Part shown: piece after piece, positions 11,476 through 24,745 of the stretch
Layout of the letters: every line of letters starts with the position of its first letter
Numbering within the stretch: position 1 is the stretch's first letter
NCBI GenBank assembly: GCA_051294375.1
Contig: JBJCIZ010000824.1
Location: 19,435-83,434, forward strand
DNA length: 64,000 nt
Direction: 5' to 3'
Source: Paraspadella gotoi
Taxonomy: Eukaryota; Animalia; Chaetognatha
Notes under the pieces: model-generated
The model's database searches: none
What the model saw: only the letters and a program-made list of their open reading frames with translations
Told to the model about the DNA's origin: nothing
Position numbers and translations under genes: made by a program

Positions 11476-13574
11476 ATTTGCGCAAATAAATAAAATTAAT
11501 AAAATATTTGACTGTCCTTTCTCTCTTTCTGGCAAAAAGAATCGGCGAATTTTTAGTCGGATCTGCCCTATATCAGCCAGACTCCCGACTCTATAACTCA
11601 CTTTTTCGGTCGTCGGTCCGCCCCCTCAATATTTGCGGGCACACACTTATATCATGTCAGAACATCGAATTAGATAAATTATGCAAAAAAAACGATGTCC
11701 GTCCGTCCGTCTGTCTGTCCGTCCGTCCGTCGTCGTCCGTCCGTCCGTCCGTCCGTCCGTCCGTCCGTCCGTCCGTCCGTCCGTCCGCTCGTCCGTCCGT
11801 CCGTCCCACCTTAGCAAAAAACTCCAATTACTCGTGATTGGATGGTAAGGTATTGTATGAAATTTTGTGTGTGGGTAGGAAACAGTGTGATTGAGATGGA
11901 TATGAGTTTTGAGGAATCGTGCGAGTGGAAATTGGTGTTTAAATGGAAAAAACAAAAAAATATATTTCACTATTTGAACGCAATTGCTCATGAGTATAGG
12001 GCAATTGACTTGAAATTTTGCTATGATGGGTAGAGAGGGAAGTGTGAGATTGAGCTGGATATAAAGTTTCGATGGAAATCGTGCGAGTGGAAATGATTAA
12101 AATGGAAAAAACAAAAGTCATATTACTTAAAGCTATTATTTACTTAAATTTACTCATAATTATTATGTTTATTAAAAATTGGATAGATAAATCGAAATGG
12201 AATTTTGTGTGTGAGTATGTGATGATAAAGCTGGATATAAATTTTTTGATGGAATCGTAGGAGTGGAAAAGAGTTCAAATTAGAAAACCAAATTTATTTG
12301 AATTTTTTAAAGTTTCTCTCTCTCTCTCTCTGATTGTTGATTGATTGATTGATTGACCAAATTATGCCGATTGACCAAATTATGCCAACTGACAAAAATA
12401 TGCCAGTTGACCAAATTCTTAAAGTTCACCAAATTATGCCAGTTGACCAAATTCTGCAAATTGATCAAGTCTTGCAAGTTGACCAAATTATGCCTGTTGA
12501 CCAAATTTATGCCTGTTGACCAAATCATGCCAGTTGACCAAATTATGCCAGATGACCAATATATGCTAGTTGACCAAATTAGGCAAGTTGATAAAATTAT
12601 GCCGGTTGACCAAATATATTAATTGTATCAATTATGTCATTGATCCAAATTATGTCAGTTGACCAAATCTATGTCAGTTGACCAAATTATGTCAGTTGAC
12701 CAAATTATAGTCATGTGTGTGACCAATTATGCAGTTGACCAAATTATGCAAGTTGATTAAATTATGCAAGTTGAACAAGTTAGCTTATAACCACTTAATT
12801 ATCGATTGACCTGGAATTTTGATATGTGAGTAGAAAATGTGTGTGTGATTGAACAGGAAACCAAGTTTCGATGGAATCTTTTGAGTGGAAATGAGTTAAA
12901 TGGAAAAAAACAAAAAACCTGTTTTCACTAATTGATTATGCATCTTTTTCCTTTTATATTAAATGTATATGCAGGATGTATTATAAATCAAATAATTAAT
13001 CAGTTAATTAATCAATTAGTTAATTAATTAATCAATAATTAATTAATCAGTCAATCAATCCGTCCATCCGTCCCACCTTAGCAAAAAGCTCCAATAACTC
13101 GTGATTGGCTGGTTGGATTGAAAAGAAATTTTGTGTGTGGGTAGGAAAGTGTGTGATAAAGCTGGATATAAAGTTTCGACGGAATCGTGTGAGTTTAAGA
13201 GGAAACAACATAAGTCGCATTTATAAAATATATTTTAATTATTTTAACCAATAAGTACTCGAATTAATCATAATTGGATGGATAGATTGAGTTCAAATTT
13301 TTTGTGTGGGTAGAAAAAATTGTAACGATGCTTGATATTAAAGTTTCGGTGGAAACGTACGAGTGGAAATGAGTTTAAATGAAAAAAATATGAGTCACAT
13401 TTACTTGAATCTTTTTACTTATTTTAACCCATAATAGATTGAGATGAAATTTTGTGAGCGGGGTAGGAAAGTGTGTGAAGAAGCTAGAATAAAGTTTTGA
13501 CGGAATTGTGCCAGTGGAAATGAGTTTAAATGGAAAAAACATAAGTTACATTTACTTGAATCTTTATTATTTAT

Positions 13575-13577
<3 letters not shown>

Positions 13578-13620
<43 letters not shown>

Positions 13621-13742
13621 CAGAAAAATGAGCATAGGATCGTCGCAATTGCAAAGAGAGAGAAGAGAGCAGAAAAATGAGCATAAGGATCGTTGCAATT
13701 GCAAAGAGAGAGAGAGAAGGAGAGAGAGAGAGAGAGAGAGAG
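13578..13742. repeat. (GA)n microsatellites with a short duplication
   Basis: GA runs flank two copies of AGAGCAGAAAAATGAGCATA.GGATCGT.GCAATTGCAAAGAGAG. Confidence 0.85.
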
Positions 13743-13770
13743 TCCGAAATAATGTCCGAAGTAATTACAT

Positions 13771-14101
13771 TGTTAATCAACCAAATGTAGAAGCAATTGA
13801 GATACAAACGGCATTGAACGGCATTGAAAGGCATTGAACGACATAGAAACGCATGGAACGGCATTGAACGCTGGACTATAAAAAGATAATATAAACGAAT
13901 TAATAAAAACCTTAATATAGAATTAAATCAAGTAAAGAAACATTAAAACAAACCTGCTTCACGTTCTTAAAGCTTGAGAACTACTAATATAATTCTTATT
14001 TCTCTCACAAAGGTAAGTTTCTTCACTTAGATATATAGTAAACATTTTAGGCAAAAAGAGCAACGATTTTTGGGAAACTTGCAACACGGAAATATTTAAC
14101 A
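13771..14101 (-). repeat. Possible solo LTR (BEL-like)
   Basis: TGTTAA...TTAACA termini; internal short repeats followed by GCTGGACT, as in the BEL LTR at ~18128. No target-site duplication found. Confidence 0.3.
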
Positions 14102-15349
14102 GGGTTTTTGTAGAGCTTAAGAAGTTAAATGAAAGTTAGTACTATAAATTTTTCAAATTTTGTCAATAAATTAGTTAAAAATAGAAAAAAACCTTAAAAA
14201 ATTATCATCTCATCATCATTATTGGCGGAATTTTTTTTTTTTAATTTTTCATAAATAAAACCAAAAAAAAGTTGTATTAATAACCTTTATCTAACTTTTA
14301 AAGCTCTATCAGAATCTATAAAAAAAATGATAAGCAAAATTTTAAAAATTATTTTCATTTTCATATTATTTAATAGTTGCTTAACCATTAACCATTATCC
14401 ATTTGAGAGAACTTCAAGTTTTCAACCTGTTCCGGTGCAATATCTAGTAAGGCGGGCCAAAATTGAACACTTTTTCTAACTCCTAGTTCTCTTTAAATTT
14501 TTTTTTCCTTTTACTACTTAATCGATTTTCAATGTAACTTTTTGATTTAGTTCATTGGGTTGTTGCACTGAAGCTTTTAAATATTTATTAATATATAATA
14601 ATTATATAAAGTTTTGACGGAATTGTGCCAGTGGAAATGAGTTTAGATGGAAAAAACATAAGTCACATATACTTGAATCTTTAATATTAATGATTACTAA
14701 TAAATGTTTTAATTAATTAATTAGTAAATTAATTAATTAATTAATGTGAAAAAATGAGTGCAAGTCTAAAAAAATCTTAAAAGCATAAAGATCGTCGCAA
14801 TTTCATAAAGAGAAAGAGAGAGAGAGAGAGAGAGTGAGAGTGAGAGAGACAAGGAGACATAAAATAAAATAAAGGATATTTGTTTGTTTTGATAAAATGC
14901 AAACAAAACATATTTAATAACTGTCCTAACCCAATTTTAAGGACATCGATGATGATAAGTTGAATATAAATTTAAAATTAATTATTACATATTAAAATTA
15001 ATTAATTAATTAATTAATCGATTAATTAATTAATTAATTATCGTAGGCAGATCCGACATTGTTTGCTCAAACTTGTTTATTAATCACGCGCTCGATTCTC
15101 CGCTCGATTAATTAAGAACTCGCAATCCGAATTCTAAGAGTTTCTAAGCGGTAGTCAGATTCAGCAAAAATCTTGAATGGAGAAAGTCTTCCGTCGAAGG
15201 GGCAAAATTTTGAATGTTTTTTTTAGATTTCTCCTAAATGCGTGGTCCAATTTACATGAAACTTGATATTTACAATATTCCCGTTATTCTACGTCGGGAG
15301 GTATAAAAATATATTAAAAATTCATCTGGGTTCTCGGGAGACATTTATT

Positions 15350-15905
15350 CCTAACATTATACTAATGAACATTTATGTAATAAAATAATTTATATTAAAT
15401 TTTAAAATTTACGCAGTAGGCCATATTTATACTTATATTTATCCAATAATTGTTAAAATTTAAAAATTATTTTTTGTAAGATTTTTTTTGCAGATTTGGA
15501 TTTGTCATGAAAAGTTGATATAAAGAAATATAACTCTTTTTTAAAAATTCCTTCATTAAGTGGGTCAAAAATTAGAAAAAGTTATATTTTAAGCTGAAAA
15601 TTAACTTTTTATATTTTAAATATAGTTTTTTTAATTTTTAACCCACTTAATGAAAGAATTTTTAAAAATGATTTAAATTTTTTTATATCAACTTTTGACG
15701 AGGAATTCAAATCTGCAATCAAAATTAAGAAAAGCCTATTTTGAAATTTTTACGATTTTATAAGGATAATACTATATATAAATATAGCCTACTGCGAAAA
15801 TTAAAAAAACACAAAATTACTTTTTTTTACAAATTAATGTTCAATGATAGTATGTTGTTCATAATTGACTTTTAGAATTTTCATATGTAACTTTCACTAC
15901 GCCTT
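15350..15905 (-). repeat. Inverted copy of the 9096-9590 repeat
   Basis: Reverse-complement match along its length; internal inverted motif GCAGTAGGC...GCCTACTGC. Confidence 0.75.
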
Positions 15906-16212
15906 AAGGAACAGATTCTGGTCACAAAAAAGGGGTACCACATTTTATAATATGAAGCCTTCTGTATATACTTATTACTATATATAAATATTGCTTACTG
16001 GTGCTCACTAATGTATAAAATAAAAAAATCAATTTACCAAAGTTTTTATTTTCATGTTTTATATGCTAAATTTTAATTTTCTAAAATTTTATCATTTTCA
16101 CATCACTCTATTGTATAGCCGGAATCTGATATAAGCTGATCCAGCTAAAAAACAAAAATGTTAAAAATTGTAGACTAACAAACTATATATTAAAATCCGA
16201 ATTTTATTTCAG

Positions 16213-16859
16213 TTTTATGATCTTCTCCATCCTTCCAAGTGTACTAACTGTCATCGTGGAGAATATCAAGACATCATTGGAGGTTCAGTCTGCTTATCCT
16301 GTCCAATTGGAACATATCAGGAAAAGGTACGCAGCTCCCAGTGCTCTAAAACCTGTAAAAGAGGAACAATGACTAATAAACCAGTTCGAGCAACTTCTTG
16401 CATGAATTGTCCTCCAGGTTCATTTAAAGATAAAGATACAAGCCCTACATGTTATGCTTGTGAACCTGGAACGAGAGCATTAAAGAGTGGGTCCACCAGA
16501 TGTGAACTATGCCCTAATGATTGGTTTATGAATTTAGCGGGACAAAAGCACTGTGCAGCTTGTGGATATGGTTGTACAAGTACAAAAGGTTCTACCAGAT
16601 GTTATTCAAAAGAAAGGAAAACAGTAAAAAATAAGATTCTTCCATGTACTGTAAGATACATTGATGTAAATGATTCTGAATCTCATGGTGATCAAAATCA
16701 AAATATGTGTTTTTCAATTTCAGTAATTAAAAAATTAGCAGAAGTAAAAAATTATAATATAAATAACCCAGCTTCACTTTGGGATGCCCTAAAAAAGACT
16801 GGTGAAAATTTGCTAAAGGTAGCTCAGGAGTTTATATTGAAAATGCAACCAAAAGCTCG
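16213..16859 (+). CDS. Exon encoding Cys-rich repeats (ephrin-receptor-like/GCC2-GCC3 or TNFR-like CxxCxxGxY)
   Basis: Acceptor TTTCAG| at 16212 and donor |GTAAGT at 16860. Open frame contains CTNCHRGEYQ, CLSCPIGTYQ, CMNCPPGSFK, CYACEPGT, CELCPNDWF, CAACGYG. Confidence 0.75.
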
Positions 16860-17339
16860 GTAAGTATTATCTGCTTAGTGCAATAATTCACTTTGTTGGT
16901 TTCATGGTCCACCAAAAATTTATTAAAATAACAATTAAAAAGTTTCAGTTAACAATTTGGAATCTGCCCATATATTTTAATGGTAACTCATGATAAGTTT
17001 TACAATATTGTGGATGCAACAAGTTTCAGACTAAGAATTAATTTATTCTTCAACAAGGTTAATGACAATAACAGTCAAAAGACACAGATGCTAATTTTAT
17101 AGCAATTGGTATTTATAAGATCAAAGTTTGACCATAAACAGAATGAGAGAAAACGGTTGAGGTTAAGGTTGGTAAATTCAGTTTTAACAGAGGTTCTAGT
17201 TGGTTGGCGACTTCGCCATGGCGAATCGCAGGGCTTTGGCGATGTTCGCCTGTCCCCCCACTGGCGACCTCGCCCAGTGATAAAAGTAGGTGAATTATAA
17301 TGAAAGCGCAGCTAACAGGGGGATGAACATCACCTACAG

Positions 17340-17825
17340 GCTCCTCTCCCAACCCCTTAAACCAACCCGTACTGCGTTCACTCTGTGCCTCTCCCCATAA
17401 CCCTAACCCGGGCCTGGCGCCTCCCGTACATCTCCATGCTCGCAACCCTAACCCTAACCACCTTGATGCATCAACCATGCGGCCCCCTCCCCAACCCTAC
17501 CCTAAACCAAGCCTCTAGTTCAACTCTGGTGCCATCTCCCCTAAACCCCTAACCCAGGCCGGGGCCATCCCGACATCTCCATGCCTCAACCCTAACTTAA
17601 CCGCCTTTGATGCCATCAACCAGGGCCCTCCAACCCTAAACCCAAACTAAGCCTTCTCGCCTGTCAGCTCCATGCCTCTCCCCCTAACCCAACCCAGGCC
17701 CAGCCTGCCCGTACATCTCTCTGCCTCAACCTAACCCTAACCACCTTAATGCATGCAACCATGGGTCCCTCCCCAACCCCTAACCCTAAACCAAGCCTTC
17801 CTCGTTCAACCCATGCCTCTCCCCT
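17340..17825 (-). repeat. Telomere-motif-containing satellite (~140-bp unit, CCCTAA on plus)
   Basis: Recurrent AACCCTAACC blocks separated by conserved spacers (CCCGTACATCTCCATG, TTGATGCATCAA, GCCTCTCCCC); reverse complement of the 48622-49094 array. Confidence 0.85.
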
Positions 17826-18482
17826 TGTTAGGTTTTCCTACTAAACCTAGGTGCGGGCTATTCACTTTGTATGACTTTAAGCATTGAAGACGTGTTTTAC
17901 AGTTTAGCATCATATATTGTTGTAATATAAACATAACATAACGAAGTATAAACGTTCAAAATAAGCAAATATCCAATTGTATAGAACCATAATGAATTCG
18001 AGTAATTAAATCGTAAGGGCAGCCGTAATGCATCGGAAAAAGCATTGGAAAAAGCGTCGGAAAGGGATCCGAGAAAGCAGCCGTAAAGCATCAGAAAAAG
18101 CGTCGGAATGGGATCCGAGAAAGCAGCCGCTGGACTGTGAAACAGATTATACGATTTAATATAAAATGTTCGAATTATAAACGCATTAAAAACTTATTAA
18201 AAACGAGTTAAGAACCATTTAGACGGACCTGGTATACATGTTGAACTTTATAGAAATTTGGCGATTACATAAGCATAAAAATATACATTTTAACTTTCGA
18301 AATAAACAGCGTTGAATAAGCAGAGAATTTGGCATTAAATTCGAAGCAGCAAAAAACTGTAACGTGCAGGATATCGTCTGTGAACCGAATTAAAAATAGG
18401 ACGAGAGAGAAAAGACTAGTTTCTCGCGAATGCGGGGCAAACAAAAGATCAGTTTTCGAAACGAAGTAAAAAATATTCTACA
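17826..18482 (-). repeat. 3' LTR of BEL/Pao element
   Basis: Minus strand: PPT AGAGGCGGGAAAA (18495-18483), then TGTAG...CCTAACA; internal ~37-bp duplication at 18047-18129. No partner LTR in the window. Confidence 0.65.
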
Positions 18483-21400
18483 TTTTCCCGCCTCTAAATT
18501 TAAAACTTTAAATTTAAATAAAAAATTTTTACGAGAATGAGAAGGTATAGCAAAATTAGCTGGTAAACACATAATTGGTTGTACCAATTTCATATAACTT
18601 AACATATAACAGAAAACATAAGAGATAAAACCTTAAACTTAGGTTAAACGAATTAAGATGCAGGATTATCTTCAGCGATAGAATTGTCGGCTTCGAGAAC
18701 AATTTTACGACAATCACGGTCGTACTCTTTGATGGCGGTGCGGACCTTTACGCGCCGGACGCGGCCGTCAGATCCGGGATAAACATTTGAGATAATCGTG
18801 ATAATCGCCAGTCGCCGCGATGATGGCGATCGTCGACAACGAGAACAAGATCGCCAACACGAAGATTTCGCGAAGGAGAATTCCACTTTTGCCTTTCTTG
18901 GAGAGTAGATAAATATTCGCGCACCCAGCGGCGCCAGATTGTGTCCGCGAGTTGCTGAGAAAGAAGCCATGTACATCGCAGAGCAGCGCCCTCTCCGCCG
19001 TTGCTGGGAGGGACTATGGATGCCGGATTGAAGGGAGGGGAGCCAGGCGACAAAATTCGCACAGGGCTGAGGGGTTCGAGATCGCGAGGATCGTCGGAGG
19101 CATGGGTGAGGGGACGTTGATTCAGGATTCCTTGGACCACAACAACGACCGTGTTGAGGATATCGTCAGTGATAGTAGCGGGAGTTCCGTTGCAGACGTT
19201 CGTGAGGATTCTTTTGGTTGAGCGGACGAGACGCTCAAAGACGCCGCCCCAATGCGACGCTGCAGGCGGATTGAAGGACCATTGGATACCTTTGATGCGC
19301 AGATGGAAGTTGATGTCGGCGTTCCACTCTTTGAGGCTTTTACCAAGCTCTTTGATAGACCCAGTAAAATTCGTGCCTCAATCTGAAATCATTTTCTCGA
19401 GGCCAGGTCGGTGGGAAATAAAGCGAAACAAACAGTTTATAAAAGCAGTGGCAGATAAATCAGCAGCAATCTCTAAATGTACAGCACACATTTTTAAACA
19501 AGTAAATAAACAAATCCATCTTTTTTGTAATGCACGGCCCCTTTTTACCTCAAAAGGTCCCATAAAATTGACACCAGTTTCTTGAAACGGAACAATACCT
19601 TCTTGAACACGGAATGCAGGGAGAGGAGCCATCTTTTGTGAGCAGGGTTTGGCATGAAGTCGTAAGCATAATAGACATTTACCCATTTCCTTTTTTACCA
19701 TTTGGCGACCTTTGAGGATCCAAACCTTAAAGTCTTAAAGTACAATGAACATGTTCAACTCCGGCATGACCTTGTTGTTCATGCTCATGCCTAATGAGCA
19801 AAGTAACTACATGAGATTGGGAAGGCAAATCTGGTGTTTGGCATCTTGAGATATGGCAGCATTGTTGAGGCGTCCACCAACCCGGATAATATCATCTTGG
19901 AGAAATGGATCAAGGGTTCTGAGCCGACTTGAACTTGAGCAAAGAAATCTTTGTTTTCCCAAATTTCTATATTTAGTATCTGTATCAAGACTTTGTAATA
20001 AATTGTACTCAGATGAGAAATGTTCTTTTTGTGTCAAATGAAAGACACTGGATTGGGCATGCTTGAGCTCATCTGACCGTGTCGGACCGGATGAGGGGGG
20101 AGAAGGGTTTTTACTTTTGGAATAATTTATGAGCAATATACTGAGTAAATCGTACCAACCAACTGACATGAATATAAAGCTTGTTCCATGAGGAAACACG
20201 TTCTGCAATTTTGGTAATCAGAGATGAATTGGAAGGTGCAGTGGGTGAAACAATTTCTTGAGCAGCAATGTCAATTTTGTCTTCAGTTTCAACATCTTTG
20301 TCTAATGGATTTGCTGGCCATTCCTCTTCTGGTTTGAGAATAAAACCTCCTTTGAGAAAGAACTTCCATGAAGTATCATCGTCAGCAGAGAATCCACGAC
20401 TACATAAGTCAGCAGGGTTCTGATCAGTAGGGCAATAATTCCATTGAGAAACATCTGTTTTAGACAAAATCTTTGAAACGCGATTGAATACAAATGGAGG
20501 ATAGCGAGCAGAGCGATTTCTTAATTGGCGCAACACACATGTAGCATCTACCCAAAAGAATGTCTTATAATTTTTTTGAGTCAGCTCATGATGGAGGAAT
20601 TCAAAAATGTCGACAGAAACAACTGCAGTACATAATTCCAAGCGGGGAATAGAACCATGAATTTGAGCTTCATGCTGATACTTGAGAGGGGCAACGCGAG
20701 ATTTTGCAGTAACCAAAGCTGTGTGGATTAAGCCCGCCTCGTCAACTTTCCTAATGTATACAACACTTCCATATCCTGTTTTGGATGCATCAGAGAAAAA
20801 ATTCAACTGTGTCAAAATGACATCAGATAGCAAAGGGGAGCCAAACCAACGGGGAATTTTCACTTTTTCCAATTGAAAAAGGGATTTGGACCAATTATGA
20901 AATTTGGTAATGAACTCATCAGATATGGGTTCATCCCATCCAATGTGGAGGGAACATAATTCTTGCAGAATGCGTCTTCCACTCAACAGTACAGGTGAGA
21001 GGAATCCAATGGGGTCATAAATGGAAGCAATCAGGGATAGAATTTGGCGACGAGTTTCTTTCTCTTTATCGATCTTTAATTGGCTTGGGGAAAACGTGAA
21101 GGAATCGTCATCAACATCGAATTTGACACCTAGAGCTCTTTCAACAGGCAGTGAGTCTTCGTCAAAGTTCTTGACTCCAGCAGCAAGATCTTTAGGAGGA
21201 ATGGAAGCTAAAACTTCGTGGCGGTTAGAAATGAATTTTGTGAGTCTAAACCCACCCTTTTTGAGCAAAGGAACCAAATTTTGGATCAGCTGAATGCATC
21301 ATCTACTGTGTGGCATGATTTGAGCAAATCATCAATATACAAATTCCTAATAATAGCCAAGAGAACTTCTTCAGAATAATCATCCTTAAACAATTCGGCA

Positions 21401-24400
21401 AGCTTCCTAATCGCATTAGCAATAGTGGGGGAAGGGGATGCTCCGTACAAATGGACAAGCATCTGCATAGGTTTCACCATTTCACCATTTTCCCAGAAAT
21501 AAAATCGAAGTGCATGAGTGTCAGGAGCTGCTCCCTTGACTCTATGAAAGAAATATTCTATATCAGCCATGTCAACAACTGGATGCTCACGAAATCGCGT
21601 CAAACAACCAAGCAGAGAATTTGCAAGATCAGGCCCTTGCAAAATGAGAGTTGAGGGACACGCCTTTGGCCATTGCCTTGGCGTCATGACACAACCTGAC
21701 CTTTCCAGGTTTGTTTGGATTGGTGACTGCAAAGCACCGGAAGATAAAAGATTGGAACATCAGACCTATTAATCTCAAAATCAGGGACAGGTCTTGCATA
21801 GTTGTTGTCAAGTAAAGCTTGCATTTGAGTCTTGACCATTTCCAACTTTTCAGGGTCTCTCTTTAATCTTTGACCCAATTTTTGAGTGCGAGACTTGGCC
21901 ATTTCAGCACTTGCGGCTGTCGGGAGATTTTTGATAGCAGCATCCCGCCCTCCACGCCAAGGGAGAGCAACCTCAATCCGTCCATTGACTAAGGCACAGG
22001 ATTCTTCAATAACTTGCATAGCTTCTTGATCTTCAATAGACAGACCAATCTTGCCAAACTTGGGATCATTAAAATCATGGGAATACATCATTTTCAACTG
22101 TTCATGGATTATATCTTTGTCTGAGAAATAAAGGCACAAGTGACAGACCTACATGATTTCCCACCATCAGGGCCTATAATCGCCCATCCCCACGGTGTCT
22201 GGATAGCAGATGGAGTGACAAGGGTTCCGCGACGGATTCCATTGTCAGAGGGGAGGAGACTTATTCCTAAATCTGTACCAATAAGCATGTTTACTTGTCT
22301 CTTATCTGGGGGTAGTTCTGTGAGAGATACATCTTTCAAATGGGCAAATCTATGCACAAGGTCGTTTGTGGGAATAGAAGATGAGGCACTAGGGATGTTG
22401 ATTGCAACCATAGTGTGGGGGCTGGGTAACAGGAATTCAGAACTTAGAGAATGGAGGTTCAATGAACAAAATTACGACTTTTCTTGGAACTATTTTCAAT
22501 GGTAGACAATTCAATAACCTCAGGGTCAGGGCTTATTCCCAGAGCACTAGGTATAAATTCGAGCAGCAAGTAATGTTAGATCCTGGATCCAACAAAGCAT
22601 AAGTATCAACAAATTTACCATTGTCAGGATTTGATACGCGAAGTGCCACGACTGGCCTGTAAACATTTCCAACACATTCATTGGAATTCACTTGGAGAGT
22701 TGCAGTGGTAACTGACTGAGCAACTTGAGGAGTATTAACAGGATTAGATGGCGCATAATTATTCTCAGTAAAATCTCGATGCAGCATAGTGTGATGTGAA
22801 GCTTTGTTGCATTTTTTGCAAGCCCCAGTAGACTTAAAATCACCAATTTTGTGTGGGGAAAGGCATCGTAAACACAAGCCAGTTTTCTTAACATGGAAAA
22901 ATCGATCTTTGACAGAAGTGGCGATAAATTTATCACAGCGGTAAATGGCATGATCATTTGACTCACAGAACAAACAATTTTTTTTGGCATCTTTGGATTC
23001 AACAGCGGCCATCATTGCAGGCTTGTTGAAAGGCTTACCAGCCACGCCTTTGACAGCGCGAGGCTTCTGGTCAGTGAAATCTGTTTTGTCCATAATGGCA
23101 GCACCAAAATTAGCACCAAGGCATTTGCCTTGACATTGCAAGAAATCAATAAGATCTTCAAAAGTAACTTCCCGTTCTTGAATAAATTCCAACTTATAAG
23201 CATGTGAACCAAATTTTTCAATGAAGAATGGAACCTTCGCTTTTATGATTCTTCTCATGCTCTCGGTAGAAGTAAGTTGAGAAGTGTCACCCGCCTCTTG
23301 AGCGACTCCAAGTGCATTTCTCAGTTGAGAAACCAAATTCCAAATCGCAGCATGATCCTTATATTTAATAGGGGGACCTTTAAGGACCTTCTTAAGCAAT
23401 TCCTGGGATGTACGCTTTTGCAAACCTCATATCTGTTTAAAGATAGTTTTAGCCTCTGCAATCGCGGCAGCAGCATCTCCTTTTTTGTCTAAATATTGAA
23501 TAGCATCAAGGGCTGGGCCGTCAACCCATTTGAACAATTCATTCAACTTGACCCGATCACTCACACCAGCAATAGACCCAACATCGGCTTCAAAGCTATT
23601 AAGAAACTTATGCAACTTAAGAGAATCGCCTCTCCACTTATCACCTGGAGCAGGGCGCGCTTGAGCAATGCTTTGTAAACCAACAAGACTTTCCAAAGTG
23701 GCATGGGGATTGGAAACAGATTGCAAAGCAGGAGTTACTTTGGTTACAATAGGGGGTGGAACTGGAAATGCTGGAGGAAGAAAGGGAGGAAGATTTAATG
23801 TGGGAGGCTGAAGAGAAACGGTAGGAATAACTTGGGGTGCAAAGGATTGTGGACGAAGATTAGGTCCAAAGAATAAATTTGGAGGACGCAGTGGCATCTG
23901 AGGAGGTGGAGGGAGAACTTGAGAAGTTATGGGAGCAGGTTGGGAGGAGGATGGCTGTTGAGAGTCAATGTGTTCTTTAGTGCGCAAATAACTTTCAATC
24001 TTTTCTTGGGAAGTCATCCCTCCAGAAGCAGTAAGTTGTTTAACTTCAGGATCATCATGTAAAGACTGTAAGGAAGCCTTTTCTGCCTCAAACTCATACT
24101 TAGCAGATAAAACCTTAAGCTTCTCTTCCCTCTCCATATCGAGCAACTCTTGGTTCAATTTGACCCTTTTCATTTCAAGCTTCTGTTTCATCAACTCTTC
24201 AGCAGCTATCATACGAACTTCAGCTGCTGCAGCCGCAGCACATGACTTACGACGTAAGGATGTGGTGGATCTACTGGAAGAATTTGAACCAACATCTGAA
24301 GCACTAGATCCATGTGCAGCATTAATTGTAACTTCGGGAATAGTAAGAGATCGCCTGGAAGAAGCCAGAGTTCCATTGGAAGCCTGAGGCATATTGGGAG

Positions 24401-24745
24401 GTTCATGTTGGGGAATGGGCGCAGTTGCCAAGTTAGCAGCTGCCATCGTAGTGGAAACATTGGAAGTGGGTACACTTTCAGTATCAGGGTTTGATGCTGC
24501 AGAACTTACAATAGGCAGGGGAGTCAAAGGGCGTGTGGGATGGAACCTTTGATAAACAGAATAAACTTCGAGCTTCTCTTTATGATAACAATTAATTTGT
24601 TCCACCAAGACAGTTTGTGCCTCATTTGTAAAAGCAGAGTTATTGTGATAAAAAAGCAACCTTTTGTATGCGGCAGAAAACTGTTGGTATAATGCAGAGA
24701 AATTTGTGGCATAAAAATTGGGATCTTCAGCAAAAAAATCGAATT
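17826..24745 (-). mobile_element. BEL/Pao LTR retrotransposon, 5'-truncated and frameshifted
   Basis: Gag with three Cys/His knuckles (CLFCESNDHAIYRC, CLRCLSPH, CKKCNKASHHTMLH); protease ALLDPGS; RT NLYIDD; Pao RNase H FSDAS...AKSRVAP...IPRLEL; integrase MAPLPAFRV, LNQRPLT, WVREYLSTLQERQKW. Confidence 0.95.

Larger units (their letters stand above)
11551..15079 (+). mobile_element. DINE-1/HINE-like element, copy 3 (expanded or composite)
   Basis: Same 5' end at 11551, long (GTCC)n at ~11697-11806, 18-bp repeats at ~12352-12780, same 3' subTIR/hairpin at ~15045-15075. Other repeats are nested inside. Confidence 0.6.

Noticed and set aside
10192-12622. ORFs with VDQIMP/NWHNLV repeats, poly-Ile/Tyr and SVRP repeats; CRISPR-like periodicity
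   Set aside because: These are the 18-bp minisatellite, (TAT)n and (GTCC)n. There are no unique spacers or cas genes, and the context is eukaryotic.
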